A stretch of 64,000 nucleotides of DNA from the human T2T-CHM13v2.0 reference genome, Homo sapiens. This document shows, one piece after another, positions 22,160 to 48,203 of the stretch. Made by a program: the position numbers and the translations under genes. How positions within the stretch are numbered: position 1 is the first letter of the stretch; each line of letters opens with the position of its first letter. The stretch is from assembly GCF_009914755.1 (NCBI RefSeq), contig NC_060933.1; one strand, 5' to 3'. Under the pieces are notes generated by a model. That model worked only from the letters and a program-made list of their open reading frames with translations. It made no database searches and was not told where the DNA came from.

Positions 22160-22300
22160 TAAGTTATCGTGCACTTTAAGCATTACCAAGTCCAGAACTG
22201 TAAATGCTATACATTTACAGAAATACCACTTGAAGGTTTAACTACTTATAACTGTTTCATAATTAGAATTACAAATTTTAAATATGAATTATTTTAATTG

Positions 22301-23600
22301 GGGGGAGGGGCCAAGATGGTTGAGTAGAAACAGCTCTACTCTGCAGCCCCCACTGAGACAAACATAAACAGCGAGTGAATTCTGCATTTCTAACTGAGGT
22401 ATCCAGATTCCCTCATTGGGACTGACTAGGCAGTTGGTGTGACCCATGGAGAGCAAGGAAAAGCAGAGTTGGGTGACAGTTCACCCAAGAGCTACACAGG
22501 GCAAAGAGACCTCCCTCCTCCAGCCAAGGGAGGCAGTGAGGGATTGTGCTACCCACCCAGGGAACTGTGCTTTACCCACAGATTTTTGCAAACCCCAGAA
22601 CAGGTAATCCCTTTGTGAGTCCACACCACCAGGGCCTTGGGTCCCAAGCACAAAGCTGTGCAGACCCATAGCAGGGGCTCCAGCTGGCAGCCACTTGGGC
22701 AGGTACTGAGCTGTAGGAGTTTCTGCATACTCTGGTGGCTCGCAGAAATCCAGTGAAGCAGGAGATCCATCAACTCCCATGAGAAGGGGGCTGAAGCCAG
22801 GGAGCCAAGCAGACCCACTCCCACAGAACCCCACAAGCTAAGACCCACTAGCATGGAATCCCCACTGGCCAGCACAGCACCTGGAGTCTGCCTAAGAAGA
22901 CCAAGTTCCTGGGGGGAAGGGTGACCGCCATTACTGCGGGTCTAGCCGGTGGTTTTCCCCCGCCAGTGCTAGGGAGACTGGGTGGTTTGCACTGGGCAGA
23001 ATTCCCCACAGTGCAGTACAGAGGCTGTGGCAGATATACCATTATTGTATATCCAAAGGAATATAAATCATTCTATTACAAAGATACATGCACGTGTATG
23101 TTTATTGCAGCACTGTTCCCAATAGCAAAGACATGGAATCAACCCAATGCCCACCAATGATAGACTGGATAAATAAAATGTGGTACATATACACCATGGA
23201 ATACTATGCAGCCATAAAAAGGAATGAGATCAAGTCCTTTGCGGGGACATGGATGAAGCTGGAAGCCATTATCCTCAGCAAACTAACACAGGAACAGAAA
23301 ACCAAATACCACATGTTCTCACTTACAAGTGGGAGCCGAACAATGAGAACATATGGACACTGGGAGGGGAACAACACACTCTGGCACCTGTCGAGGGAGG
23401 GCTGGTGGTAGGGAGAGCATCAGGAAAAATAGCTAATGCATGCTGGGTTTAATACCTAAGTGATGGGTTGATAGGTGCAGCAAATCACCATGGTACATAT
23501 TTGCCTATGTAAGAAAACTGCATGTCCTGCACATGTATCCTGAAAGTTAAAATAAAATAAATACATAAGTACATAAATAAAACTTTAAAAGACAAAAAAA
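22301..23600 (+). mobile_element. Internally deleted L1PA (older primate L1PA): ~735-nt 5'UTR fused to ORF2 end/3'UTR/poly(A)
   Basis: GGGGGAGGGGCCAAGATGG L1 start; junction ~23035; ORF2 C-terminal peptide WINKMWYIYTMEYYAAIKRNE; A-rich tail; imperfect TSD aattattttaattg / aaaaatcttaattg. Confidence 0.85.
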
Positions 23601-24027
23601 AATCTTAATTGTATGTGGGTAGTTCCCTTTGATTGAAAGTGAGATAGAAATAATTTTTTAAAACTTACTATTCAAAATTTGCAAAACTAAATAAGAGTAA
23701 AAGAAATTTACATTTTGTCCCTGGATTGATACAAGACAAAAACATAGTGTGGGAAAGCTGGAGTTGAGGATGAACGAGATTCTGAGAATGAAAATCCCTG
23801 GTTCATAGCCAAAATTTCAGAACTTCAGATTTTCAAGGGCTATAAAATAGGTAACCTCAAGCCACCGTCTCCAACAGATAAAAGGAACCAGGTAATATCT
23901 ATATTCCAGGGAGAAAGAATAGAAAATTGGCTATCACTGACAAAACTTAGTGGGAAGGAGGGATCTAGAAGGTGGGATGGTGGAGGGATCCCCAGCTTTG
24001 GGGGTGGGGAGGGGCTGTGCTCCAGTC

Positions 24028-24115
24028 TCCCCCTCCCCTGCCCCTCTCCCTCCCCCTCCCCCTCCTGCTGCACCTCCCCCTCCCTCTGCCCCTCCCCCTC
24101 CCACTGCCCCTCCCC
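24028..24115. repeat. C-rich (CCCCT/CCCTCC)n simple repeat in SPATA31A proximal promoter (G4/i-motif potential)
   Basis: Runs of C3-C5 separated by T/TG; preceded by G-rich 24000-24014. Confidence 0.85.
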
Positions 24116-24130
24116 AACAAAGGAGCCCTT

Positions 24131-30288
<6,158 letters not shown>

Positions 30289-30388
30289 TTTGGTCAGTCA
30301 CAAATTCTTTTTTAGCCTTCCCTGGAGAAAAACAAGTCCCCAAGAAAAAATTCACTCTATGTAGAGAAAAAATATTTTCTCTCATGTT

Positions 30389-30394
30389 AGTAAA
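30389..30394 (+). terminator. Probable non-canonical poly(A) signal AGTAAA of SPATA31A
   Basis: AGTAAA ~100 nt after the stop, followed by a T/GT-rich tract at ~30425-30440; no AATAAA nearby. Confidence 0.55.
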
Positions 30395-31574
30395 TGCAGA
30401 ACATTTAATATTCCACAATATATATGGTTTTTTATTTATAAGAGGGTGATGGCTTCTATTTGTGCCATGCTTGGTGTGGGCTTGGTTTCCAGAAGTGACA
30501 GGACATGGAGGGATGTTGACAGTGGTGCTGTAAGCCCACCTTCATCCTGAGTTCCTTCACTGAACCTTATGTTTCCGTAATATCGTCTTTACACAAACAA
30601 CAAAAAATTCTAAAAACAAGATGAGAAAAACCTATGAAGGTCCCACTCTGAAATAAGGTTCAACCCATCTTTCCACTACTTACTCTACCTCAAACTTCAT
30701 GCAGCTGTAGGGAGAAGGTTTGCAGAGATGTCACGGGACTGAACATCTCCATGCAGGCTCCAGGAAGTGCCACAGCCGAGTACCTTCATGTGTCAAAAAA
30801 TAGTGGAAGTTTGGGTGGGAGAGTGCTGGGCCCTGAGTTCAGAAGTGGGAGAAGTCTTGACCCTGGGTATCCTGGTGGAGAATAGATAACGTCTGCCCCT
30901 GGGAAGCCCCTTCTCTCCCTGACAAAGGCTGGGATGGAGATGGGCCCTCTTAGCTCAGCCAACATGCGAAGCAGAGAGTCCCCATCCCACTGCCTCTCCC
31001 TTTCTCACACTCTGGAGTGGCAGTGGGAACAGACCTTCCAGCTCTGTGCATGTGTAGGTGGGGGCTAGGGGGTCAGGGGGGCAGCCTTCATGGAGGTTGC
31101 TGAGGGCCGTGAACTCCCCTGCCCCAGATGAGTGAATGACCCTGCTCCTGGGTCACCGGCCTTTGTCTATCTCACCTACATGTCTCTCAGCTTCAGCGAA
31201 GTAGTTCTGGGTGAATGGAGTAGGGTATGCCTGTGTGTGCAGAGGCTTCTGATGGTGGGACTCTGTAGAGCTACAGGGGATGCAGACAGAGAATTGAAAA
31301 GGAGGCAAAGTGGTGTGTGTGAGGGAGCCATCAGTGGTGCCGTGAGCCAGGAGACTCTGACATTCCAACCCCTTAGATAGGCCTAGAGGGGCCTAGTGTC
31401 TCATCCTGGCCACACCCCAGGGTCTGTCTCTGCTCCAGCTCCCAGATCACAGACCCCTAGAAAAACCACATTTACCCCCAACACAGAGGGCCATATTAGT
31501 GAGAAGGCGAAGTGAATAAGGAAGATGAATTTCTTAACATCTTCGATAAGCTTGCACATAATAATCTATTGAAC

Positions 31575-31871
31575 TTTTTTTTTTTTTTTGAGACAGAGTT
31601 TCACTGTTTTGCCCAGGCTGGAGTGAAGTAGTACAATCTTGGCTCACTGCAAACTCTGGCCCCTGGGTTCAAGCGATTCTTCTGCCTCAGCCTCCCAAGT
31701 GGCTGAGATGATAGGCACCCACCACCATGCCCGACTAATTTTTATATTTTTAGTAGAGATGGAGTTTTGCTATGTTGGCCAGGCTGGCCTCGAACTCCTT
31801 GCCTCAGGTGATCTACGGGCCTCAGCCTCCCAAAGAGCTAGGATTACAGGCATGAGCCATGGTGCCTGGCC
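31575..31871 (-). mobile_element. Alu
   Basis: Antisense Alu. Confidence 0.95.
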
Positions 31872-32859
31872 TACTTATTGAATTTTTTAAAGGATGTGTT
31901 GACAATAGGTGGAAAAGCAAGGACTAGAGAACCCCAGGCATGAGTCGAAGTCTGGTGACCTTTAATATACACGTAGCCCCAGGACTGCTCCCTGGGGAAA
32001 GGTGGTGACTTACTAGGGCCCAGCAGCTGAGCTGGGGTCACACAGCAAATCTTCCCTGGCTCCTGACATCCTTGCTTGCCCCAGAGACCAGCAAGGGAAG
32101 ATGCAGGCAGGCAGGATTTGAACATACAAGGGAGCTGGAAGTGACCTGTCCAGAATGGGCAGGGTATGGGCAGGACAGGAGCCGTCCCTGCTGTCTCCCT
32201 CTGCTTTCAGCACAGCTTTCCTCCTCTCTGGGCCCTGTCCATATGGGAAAGCAGGAGGTCTCCACAAATCATGGACAGGAGGAGCCAGGTCTCTAGAGGG
32301 AGTTTTCTCTGCCTTGTGCCACATACAGGCGTGCAAGAGGCCCACTTCCGGGGGCCTCATTTCAATGGTGGAGAGGCCAGTGCCAGGCAGTGCCACTGAT
32401 CTAGATGACAATGGAAATGGCCCTGCCCCCAACATGTGGGACTGGCCGGCACCGGGGTGCAGGGGGCAGTGGGCACAGTCCCCAGCCTGTGGCTTCTCCT
32501 GGGGCCAGGTCCTCTCTGAGGCCTGGATAACTGAAGCAGCCTCCAAGGTGGGCCCAGCGGTGACAGCGGAGCCAGGATCAGCAGGAGGAGCTGGGACCTG
32601 GAGCAGAGAGCAGCCCCGGTCCTCCAGGAGCTCAGGAGAGTGTGGCACAGAGCTGGGACCCTGACCACTGAGGATGGGCCATGCCTGGCTGCTGCTGGGT
32701 TCCCTCAGGAAACCAAGACGTGAGTTCTGGGATGTGGAGGAGCTGGACTTGGAGCCCATGGCTCAGACCAGGAGAAGCGCCACAGGCAATGCTGAGAGAC
32801 CAGAAAGAACACAGGAAGCAACAACCCCTTAGCCCTTCTGCAGCTCAGTCTCCCATGAC

Positions 32860-33940
32860 ATGCAGTGAGGCCAACAATAGAGAGACCCACGGAGACCTCC
32901 CACAGGAACCTCACAGAGATATCTCGTACAGAGTGAGCACACTGGGACCTCTCACTGCCACAGAAAGAGACACACTGCAGCCTCCACAGAGACCCCACGG
33001 AGCTCTCAGAGTCCTTATGGTGCCCCACAGAGACCTAGCACAGAGATTCCCAGAGTCCTCACCCAGAGAACCCCACAGAGGCCACGCTGAGAGACTTCAC
33101 TCAGTCCCACAGAGATCTCCCACAAATGTCAGAGACCTTCCATGGTTCTCACAGGGAGATCTCACACAGAGACCCCACAAAGACCTCAGAGACTTCACAC
33201 AGAGTCATAAAACAGGGACCTCATGCAGAGACTCATGCAGTTCACTGCAACCTCTGGCCTCCAGCCCCAGAAATGGCACATGGCACCCCCCACTGCCTCA
33301 CAGAGACCTCTCTCAGAGTCCTCCTCACACAGAGACCTTGCCTGGAGACCTCCCACTCTCCACAGAGACCTTGTATAGATTCCTCACACAGGCCTCAGGT
33401 TGCTCCACACTCATTGCCCAGAAACCTCTCACATAGAATTCCCTCAAACATTCCACACAGAGATTCTGTAGGGCTTTCACAGGGTCCTCACACAGGGTCC
33501 TCACACAGGGACTTCATATAGTCCATGGTCCCTCACACAGAGACCTAGCACGGAGATTTCACACAGGGACTTCCCACAGAGACCCCACAGAGACCTCTGG
33601 AAGATACCTCCCACACAGACCTTCTGCAAAGGCCTCATACAGAGGCCTCACAAGAGGCAATGGAGCCCTCTTGCTGCCCCATGGAGTCCTCCCACAGAGA
33701 CCTCATGTGGCCTCACAGGCCTCGTACAGAAACTGACTCGGATTTCTTAGAGACTTTCCACACAGAACTCACGCAGAAACCTCACACTGAGGCTCCACAG
33801 AGACCTCACTCAGAGTTCTCACCAGGAGCCTGGCACTGAGGCCTCCCATGCAGCGCTCACACAGCATCCTCACCATAGGTGAGATGCCCCTCACAGATAC
33901 TCCTCAGAGATCTGGCCCAGAGGCTTCACAGAGACCTCAC
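32860..33940 (+). repeat. Degenerate CA-rich minisatellite, motif ~CCTCACACAGAGAC
   Basis: Dozens of cacagaga/cacagagacc words over ~1.1 kb with irregular spacing. Confidence 0.75.
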
Positions 33941-34246
33941 ATCCATCCATTCTTCAGGGGCCTGAGCAGCCACCTGTTGACACGTCCTTCTCAGTGGATA
34001 TAAAACCACTCAGCACAGTAGCAGCACAGCCGGGATATCAGTTGCACTCCCCAGGAACCCTGGGACACCCAGATACTGTCAGCATTGCAGTGAAGGCGGT
34101 TTTCTGCTTGGGGACATCCTCACACTTTTTTTTTTTTTTTTTGTAATATCGCTGCCTCTGAAAAGAATTATGGATTCCACAGGCAGACCTGCAAAATTCC
34201 TTCTTCCACAGGTTTCCATTAGCTTGAATTCTGACCCACAATTTAG

Positions 34247-34567
<321 letters not shown>

Positions 34568-35605
34568 TGAGGAAAATGTTACCAACCTTCAATGAAAGAA
34601 AATATCTTATTTGTTCAGTTTGTTATTATCCAGCCAAATTATATCAATGTCATATATTTTTTAAAGTTTGGGGGAGACAAGACTTGAATTTGAGATGCCT
34701 GACTTCTGTACTTTGAAAATATGATAAAAACCTCTAGAAAATGAACCCCAGAAATGAAACAAACCAGCAAAGAGGCATCTGGACTCACACTGGTCTCCCA
34801 GGGGACTGTGCAACTAGCACATAATTTCATACAGAACAGCTTGGATCACATTTGCAGAGTTCATTTTATTTTTAGGAAGCTAATAATCATGCAAAGATTT
34901 TTCACAAATAGGTCAAATCTCTAGCAATATTCTTATTGTATCACTTGGAAAAATTATACTTCTTAATAATATTATTTTATTCCTGAAAATGCAGTAATGC
35001 TCTCAAATAGTAGTATGACACATGTTTGTCAGACATGACTTAGTCCTAATGTTCCACAAACATAGCTTAAGCAGATGGGCAATTTAAAAGGATTTATTTT
35101 TTAAACAGTTCTATGAAACACGCATTCTCTAAGATGGGCAGTAGGGATCCATTTTATATTCATTACAGGGCTAAAAAAGGAATGTTTTGAAATCTTACAA
35201 AACAAATTAATCTATGCTTGAGATATATACATAGCCTAATAAAATATATTGAGGAAGGGACACGTTAACATTTGAGTGGAAGAAGGTATACATTTAATCA
35301 GCATTTGTATAATAAAAATGAATTATGAATGGCCTCACTAATTATATATGCAGCACTTTCCAAAGGGTGCACTCTGGTAAGACTACTTACTTCTCATTGC
35401 TCATAAGCAAACTGTTGTCCTTGCCTTGGTAAAATCTATTTTAACAATAGCTGTTAAAGCGCATCACTAGATTATCCAACGGGATGACAGGGTCACAGTC
35501 TTTTCTCTAAGAGAGGCATAGCTGACATCAAGGCTCTTTTAGCCTATTTGTTTCAACAAGAAATCCCCTTTCTATATTCATCATAATTAAAAAATTTTGA
35601 CTTAA

Positions 35606-36013
<408 letters not shown>

Positions 36014-36474
36014 TATAGTTTTTTTCAACAGCGCAACTTAAATAAGTTTAGTTATCAGAACAAAATAGAGTCAATTAGAAAAAAAATTCATACAGAAAAA
36101 TATACTTTTCAAGTTGACTGTTTTAACAGAGTTAAAATAAGTGATTATACTTCAGTCATTTGATTTAAATTTGCTCAGAGTGGCCAGAAAATCTAGAAAC
36201 ATAGAAAATGTCCATACTAAATAGTTGATTGCTATGACACGTTGAATGTGCTGTTCCTCAATAGTAATTCATAGTTCAGTAACCTACGCAAAATTGCAAT
36301 GAACAATGTGCATTAAAGCAACATTTCCATCAATCAGTGTATATTCATCTGCCATATATTGCCTCAGATGATTTGAGTGTCTAATTTCACAGAATAAATT
36401 TGAGCCTTTATCCCAGAAGAAATAATCAACGGGGCTCAATCTATTAAAAAGATATTGACAATATTTCCAGGCTC

Positions 36475-37215
36475 TATTAACATCTATATTTTATTTTTAA
36501 TTAGATTCACCTAATTCAAAGCTTGTAAATATTTTTACCATTTATATGTGCCCAGATGAAATGGATATCAATAATTAGATAATGGAGAAAACAACAAACA
36601 CAGATCTTCTTTGTTGTTAAAATATTTTACTTCAGAGCACTTTGCTAGAAATAAAGTAATTTTTAATCTCCAGGCAAAAGACTGTCTAAATGACATTCAG
36701 AATGTATTACAAATTTAGATTTAGAATAGATTTATGTTTAAAACAGGCCTCATACTGCTTTCAACAAATCGGGCACTACAGAACAGAATGTGGGGAGGGT
36801 GACAATGATGTGATGACTTCTTAACACTGAGCAAAGAAGCAAAAAACAAGTTGTCTTTCTACAATGTTGATCCCTAAGAGTGATTTCCCTTTATAGATTG
36901 CAATATAATTCCAGTTGCATTGTTATTATTTTACAAAGAACTCCCACAGAAAAAACTTTCTGGAGGTTTTCCCCTATATACACACCTACATTCTCTGCCA
37001 TGCTCACACTGTTGGCAAAGTATGGTGCATCCAGCCACAGACCATCAAGGGGCTTGATAATTGCCTCCTCCATATACCTTCTGAGGTCGGTCAGGTTTAT
37101 AACCATTCGTGTAACACAATTCATCCTTATAACTGGGCCTATGGCCTTGTGGCTTGTCACCTTTTCCAAGCAGGTGCTTGTCATCTTGGTTGCTCAGAGG
37201 TTTGCTGTGGCATCT
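36475..37215 (-). pseudogene. Processed pseudogene of PTS (6-pyruvoyltetrahydropterin synthase), PTS-P1-like
   Basis: Translations [28 protein letters not shown] and [23 protein letters not shown]...[30 protein letters not shown] align to PTS [28 protein letters not shown] and [23 protein letters not shown]...[30 protein letters not shown]. It is intronless and frameshifted. 3'UTR-like sequence runs to AATAAA (tttatt 36490-36495). Confidence 0.9.
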
Positions 37216-37436
37216 TCCCTCACCTGAGGCCGGGCTGGCCTCCACCATGTTGCAACCAGAAGAGCCCACTTCCGTGGGGACAGATCTTCCGTGCTCTCCA
37301 CAGCCACGTCACGCTGCCGCTGTGCAAATGATGCCAACTGTAAATCCCAGAAAACTGCAAAATAATGCTGCGCCAGGCACAGTCGGTGAGGATTTAGAGG
37401 ATGCTAACGTCTTTCCTAAGAAACGTGGGTGACATC

Positions 37437-37791
<355 letters not shown>

Positions 37792-38281
37792 TCAGCTGCC
37801 CCCACTGGATCAGTGTTTCTGGTGAAACGCAATCAGTTTTCGGAGGGCCTCACCCTCCTTCACTGTAATGATGTTTGCAGTTCTTTCTTTCTCCTCTATG
37901 CCAAAAATCCAGAATTACCACCCCCTGTTCCCCATGGTTCACAATCTCAACCACGTTTCTCCAGTGACCACTTCAATTCACACAGCCATCCCTCAGTTCA
38001 AATATTGCCTTTGAACATCATGAGCAAGACCACGGCTCTTTGTATTTCTGCCACAGTTTCACACCAGTTACAGATTATATACATACTTCACGTCAATAAG
38101 TTTATTTTGTAGAGTGTGGTTTCTGGAGTCAGATGAGCTCTCCACCTACTAGGTCTGTTACTTGGGCAAGTCATTTCTTGCCTAGATTTACCAATTTGTT
38201 AGAGTTATATTACTTTACTCCAAAAGATTTTATTCTGTGAATTACATTGCTTTTCTTATTTTTTAAAAATTGTAAATCTAG

Positions 38282-38739
<458 letters not shown>

Positions 38740-39029
38740 TTAATATTAAAACCTGTATTATTGCTCAGCAAAGAGGAGAATTGTTTCCTTGGAGGAAAAA
38801 AAACATCCTTAAGAACTTACTAGTTTAAAGCTGAGCATCTTAGATTTGAAGGTTGCCTTACCTTTTTAAAATTTTTTTTATGAGTTGATAGAAAGTCCTA
38901 AAATCTTAGGAACAGAAACAATTGAGAATTACAAGTCAAATCATTGAAATGGAGCCATCTGACAGTTTATGTGTTCTGCTGTGCCAGTAGTGAGTGGGAA
39001 CAGTTTCTATGTGGGAATATAATCAGGGT

Positions 39030-39537
39030 CCTGACTACCCCTAAAGGAGCTCTTTCTTGTTTGGTGTGAAGCCAATACACCAAACCGAGAGTGAGTATCA
39101 AACAGTGTGGGCTTTTTTCAATGGCCATGGAATTGCAGAAGTGGGAGCATAGCCTGCAAATCAACTTCTCAGAGCCTGAGAACTGAGGATTCTTAATGAA
39201 GGGGCTGGGTATACAGAGGAAAGGGAGAAATATTCATAGCTTTTCTTGGGAAGGGAGGTAGGTTTTTTTGGAATCAAAGAGCCACCTCTTTTCTGCCTGT
39301 TTTTGGTCTCTTCTGGCCATTGTCATGGTGATTGTCAACTGTCAAGGTGCCAGTGGGAGTGTCATTTAGCATGGAAATTGGATCATAATGAAGCTAGAGG
39401 TTTTTCAGAGGTCAAGCTGCCATTGCGGATTTTGCCAGCTTCAGCCAGTTTAGTCCTAAGAAGGAACTTCTGACCCCAGACATCCTGTTTTCTAAAACTA
39501 AGCAGTTAAAGCTGAATGGGAATTTAGCCCTGTCACA
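39030..39537 (-). mobile_element. Solo ERV1-class LTR immediately upstream of FAM74A ORF
   Basis: tgact...tgtcaca ends; gccagtgggagtgtcatttagcatg motif typical of MER4-group LTRs. Confidence 0.65.
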
Positions 39538-39740
39538 TAGGCATTGGTTGGGCAACAAAAGCAGGGTAGGGCTCCAGCTAAGCCACGTAGGCACTACGAT
39601 GGGCAACAGAAAGGTTGGTTTCTGGGCAATTCAGAGAAACCAAGGACAGCTACCCCCAGAACTCAGAGTAGCCAACTGGGTTGCTCACAGGAGATGCCTT
39701 AACTGAAAGGTGATCAGACTCCACAGGAGACCCAGAGAAG

Positions 39741-45483
<5,743 letters not shown>

Positions 45484-45586
45484 GTCATATTTGGTTGGGA
45501 AGATCAAAGAAATCACCCAGTCTCCCACATCCGAAATTGTGCAGTCTGGACTGTCAGGAACAAAAGTGAAAGAGAGACGTCATCAA

Positions 45587-45898
<312 letters not shown>

Positions 45899-45899
45899 A

Positions 45900-46570
45900 T
45901 GACTAAAATTAAGAAGATTGATGATTCCAAATATTGGTAAAGATGTAGAACAACTAGAACTCCCACATATTGCTGATGAAAATGAAAAATAATACATTAC
46001 TTTGGAAAATACTTTGGTACTGATTTACCATATGACCCCAAAATCTCACTTGTAGAAATTTATACAGGAAAAATGAAAACATATGCTCACAGAAAGCTTG
46101 TATACACATGCTTATGGCAATAAATTTATTTATAGTTGCCTATCAACAAGTGATGAACAAATATATTTTAGTATCTTGATACTACTTTCTAGCTAGAAAA
46201 GGAATACTATTAAGCAAAAATAGAGGATGAAGTAGTAATATACATAACATAGATGAATTTAAAAACACCATGCTGATTGAAAGAAAACAATTATCAAATA
46301 CACAGTGTAATATTCTATTCACAGAAAGTTTGAAAACAAAAAACTATAGTCTCTGAAAGAAAACCATTGGTTGCAGGAAGATGGGGATTCATTGGCCACA
46401 AAAGGGACTGAGGAAACTTTTTATGGGTAATGGAAATATTTTATATCTTGATTTTGGCACCAATTATACAACTGTATGTACACATTTGTCAAAATTATAA
46501 TTGTATTATACACAACATGAGTGACTTTAACTGTCTATAAATTATATCTCAATAAAATTGGTTTTAAAAG
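45900..46570 (+). mobile_element. Old L1M 3' end
   Basis: ggtaaagatgtagaacaactagaactc...aattatatctcaataaa. Confidence 0.75.
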
Positions 46571-46643
46571 ATATACATATACACACACATAATTTAATAT
46601 GTATTTTATATATATATATCTCTCTCTCTCGACAATGGAGTGA

Positions 46644-46945
<302 letters not shown>

Positions 46946-47862
46946 TGTGAAGTGTATTCTTGTGGTTAAATTGTCACTTAGCAAACATCCAGAATGCTAA
47001 ATATCCATATTATTCCTCTTGTTTTACCTTTCTCTCACTTTTTCTACAAGCACCATTTTGAAGAAAGCCTCATCAACTTTATTAATTTGATTTGTGATCA
47101 TTTGAAGACACAGAAAATTTTCTTCTGCAAAATATAAAGTCTTCTTTCATCTGCTCTCGTGATCCTTTTATTCTTCTGCCAAGTGATGTACATTAATTGA
47201 CCAACTGAGTTATGCATGCATTTACTTTTTCACAGATCTTTGTTATGCCTCTACTAGTTCTATGCTAGGGATATGGTATGACATTGAACAGGATCAATAT
47301 GGTCCCTGCTTTCACAGAGCCCACACCTAATGTGTGGATAGTCAGAACACAGTTACACAAACACAAGTGGGAAATAATTATAACATCTGATAGATCTGAA
47401 GTCAGTAGAAAAGGTATTGAAATGGAGAAATAGAAAGGGGCCTCGCTTTGATAATGAAATCAGAGACAGTTTCCCTGCAACTTCCTTGGAGGGCAAAAGC
47501 CATGTCCTTTCCTTCTCCTACCCCACCACTGACCCCAGTAAAATACCAAGCACAGAATTTTCACTCAATAAATTACCTTAAAATGGATTTTAAAATATTT
47601 ATAAAGCACATTTGTGTCCATTAAAGTATGAAAGGACATGTATTTGGAGCATAAAACCCAGCACATGATGGAAACATCACATACATGAGGATCAAGAATC
47701 TAATTATGTAATGGGAAAATTTAAAAGAAATGTCAAGCTGGATAGAGTGTATTCTAAGAAAATGAATACATGTATAATAGCTAAATATTTGGCATTTGAG
47801 TTTGGGATGAAAAAATAGATGTAAAAGAAACAGTTTCCTTAATTAAGAATTTAATTTTGTGG

Positions 47863-48203
<341 letters not shown>

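Noticed and set aside
34126-34142. Poly(T) as a possible distal tail of the PTS retrocopy
   Set aside because: No nearby poly(A) signal or TSD; PTS similarity that I can recognise ends near 36475.
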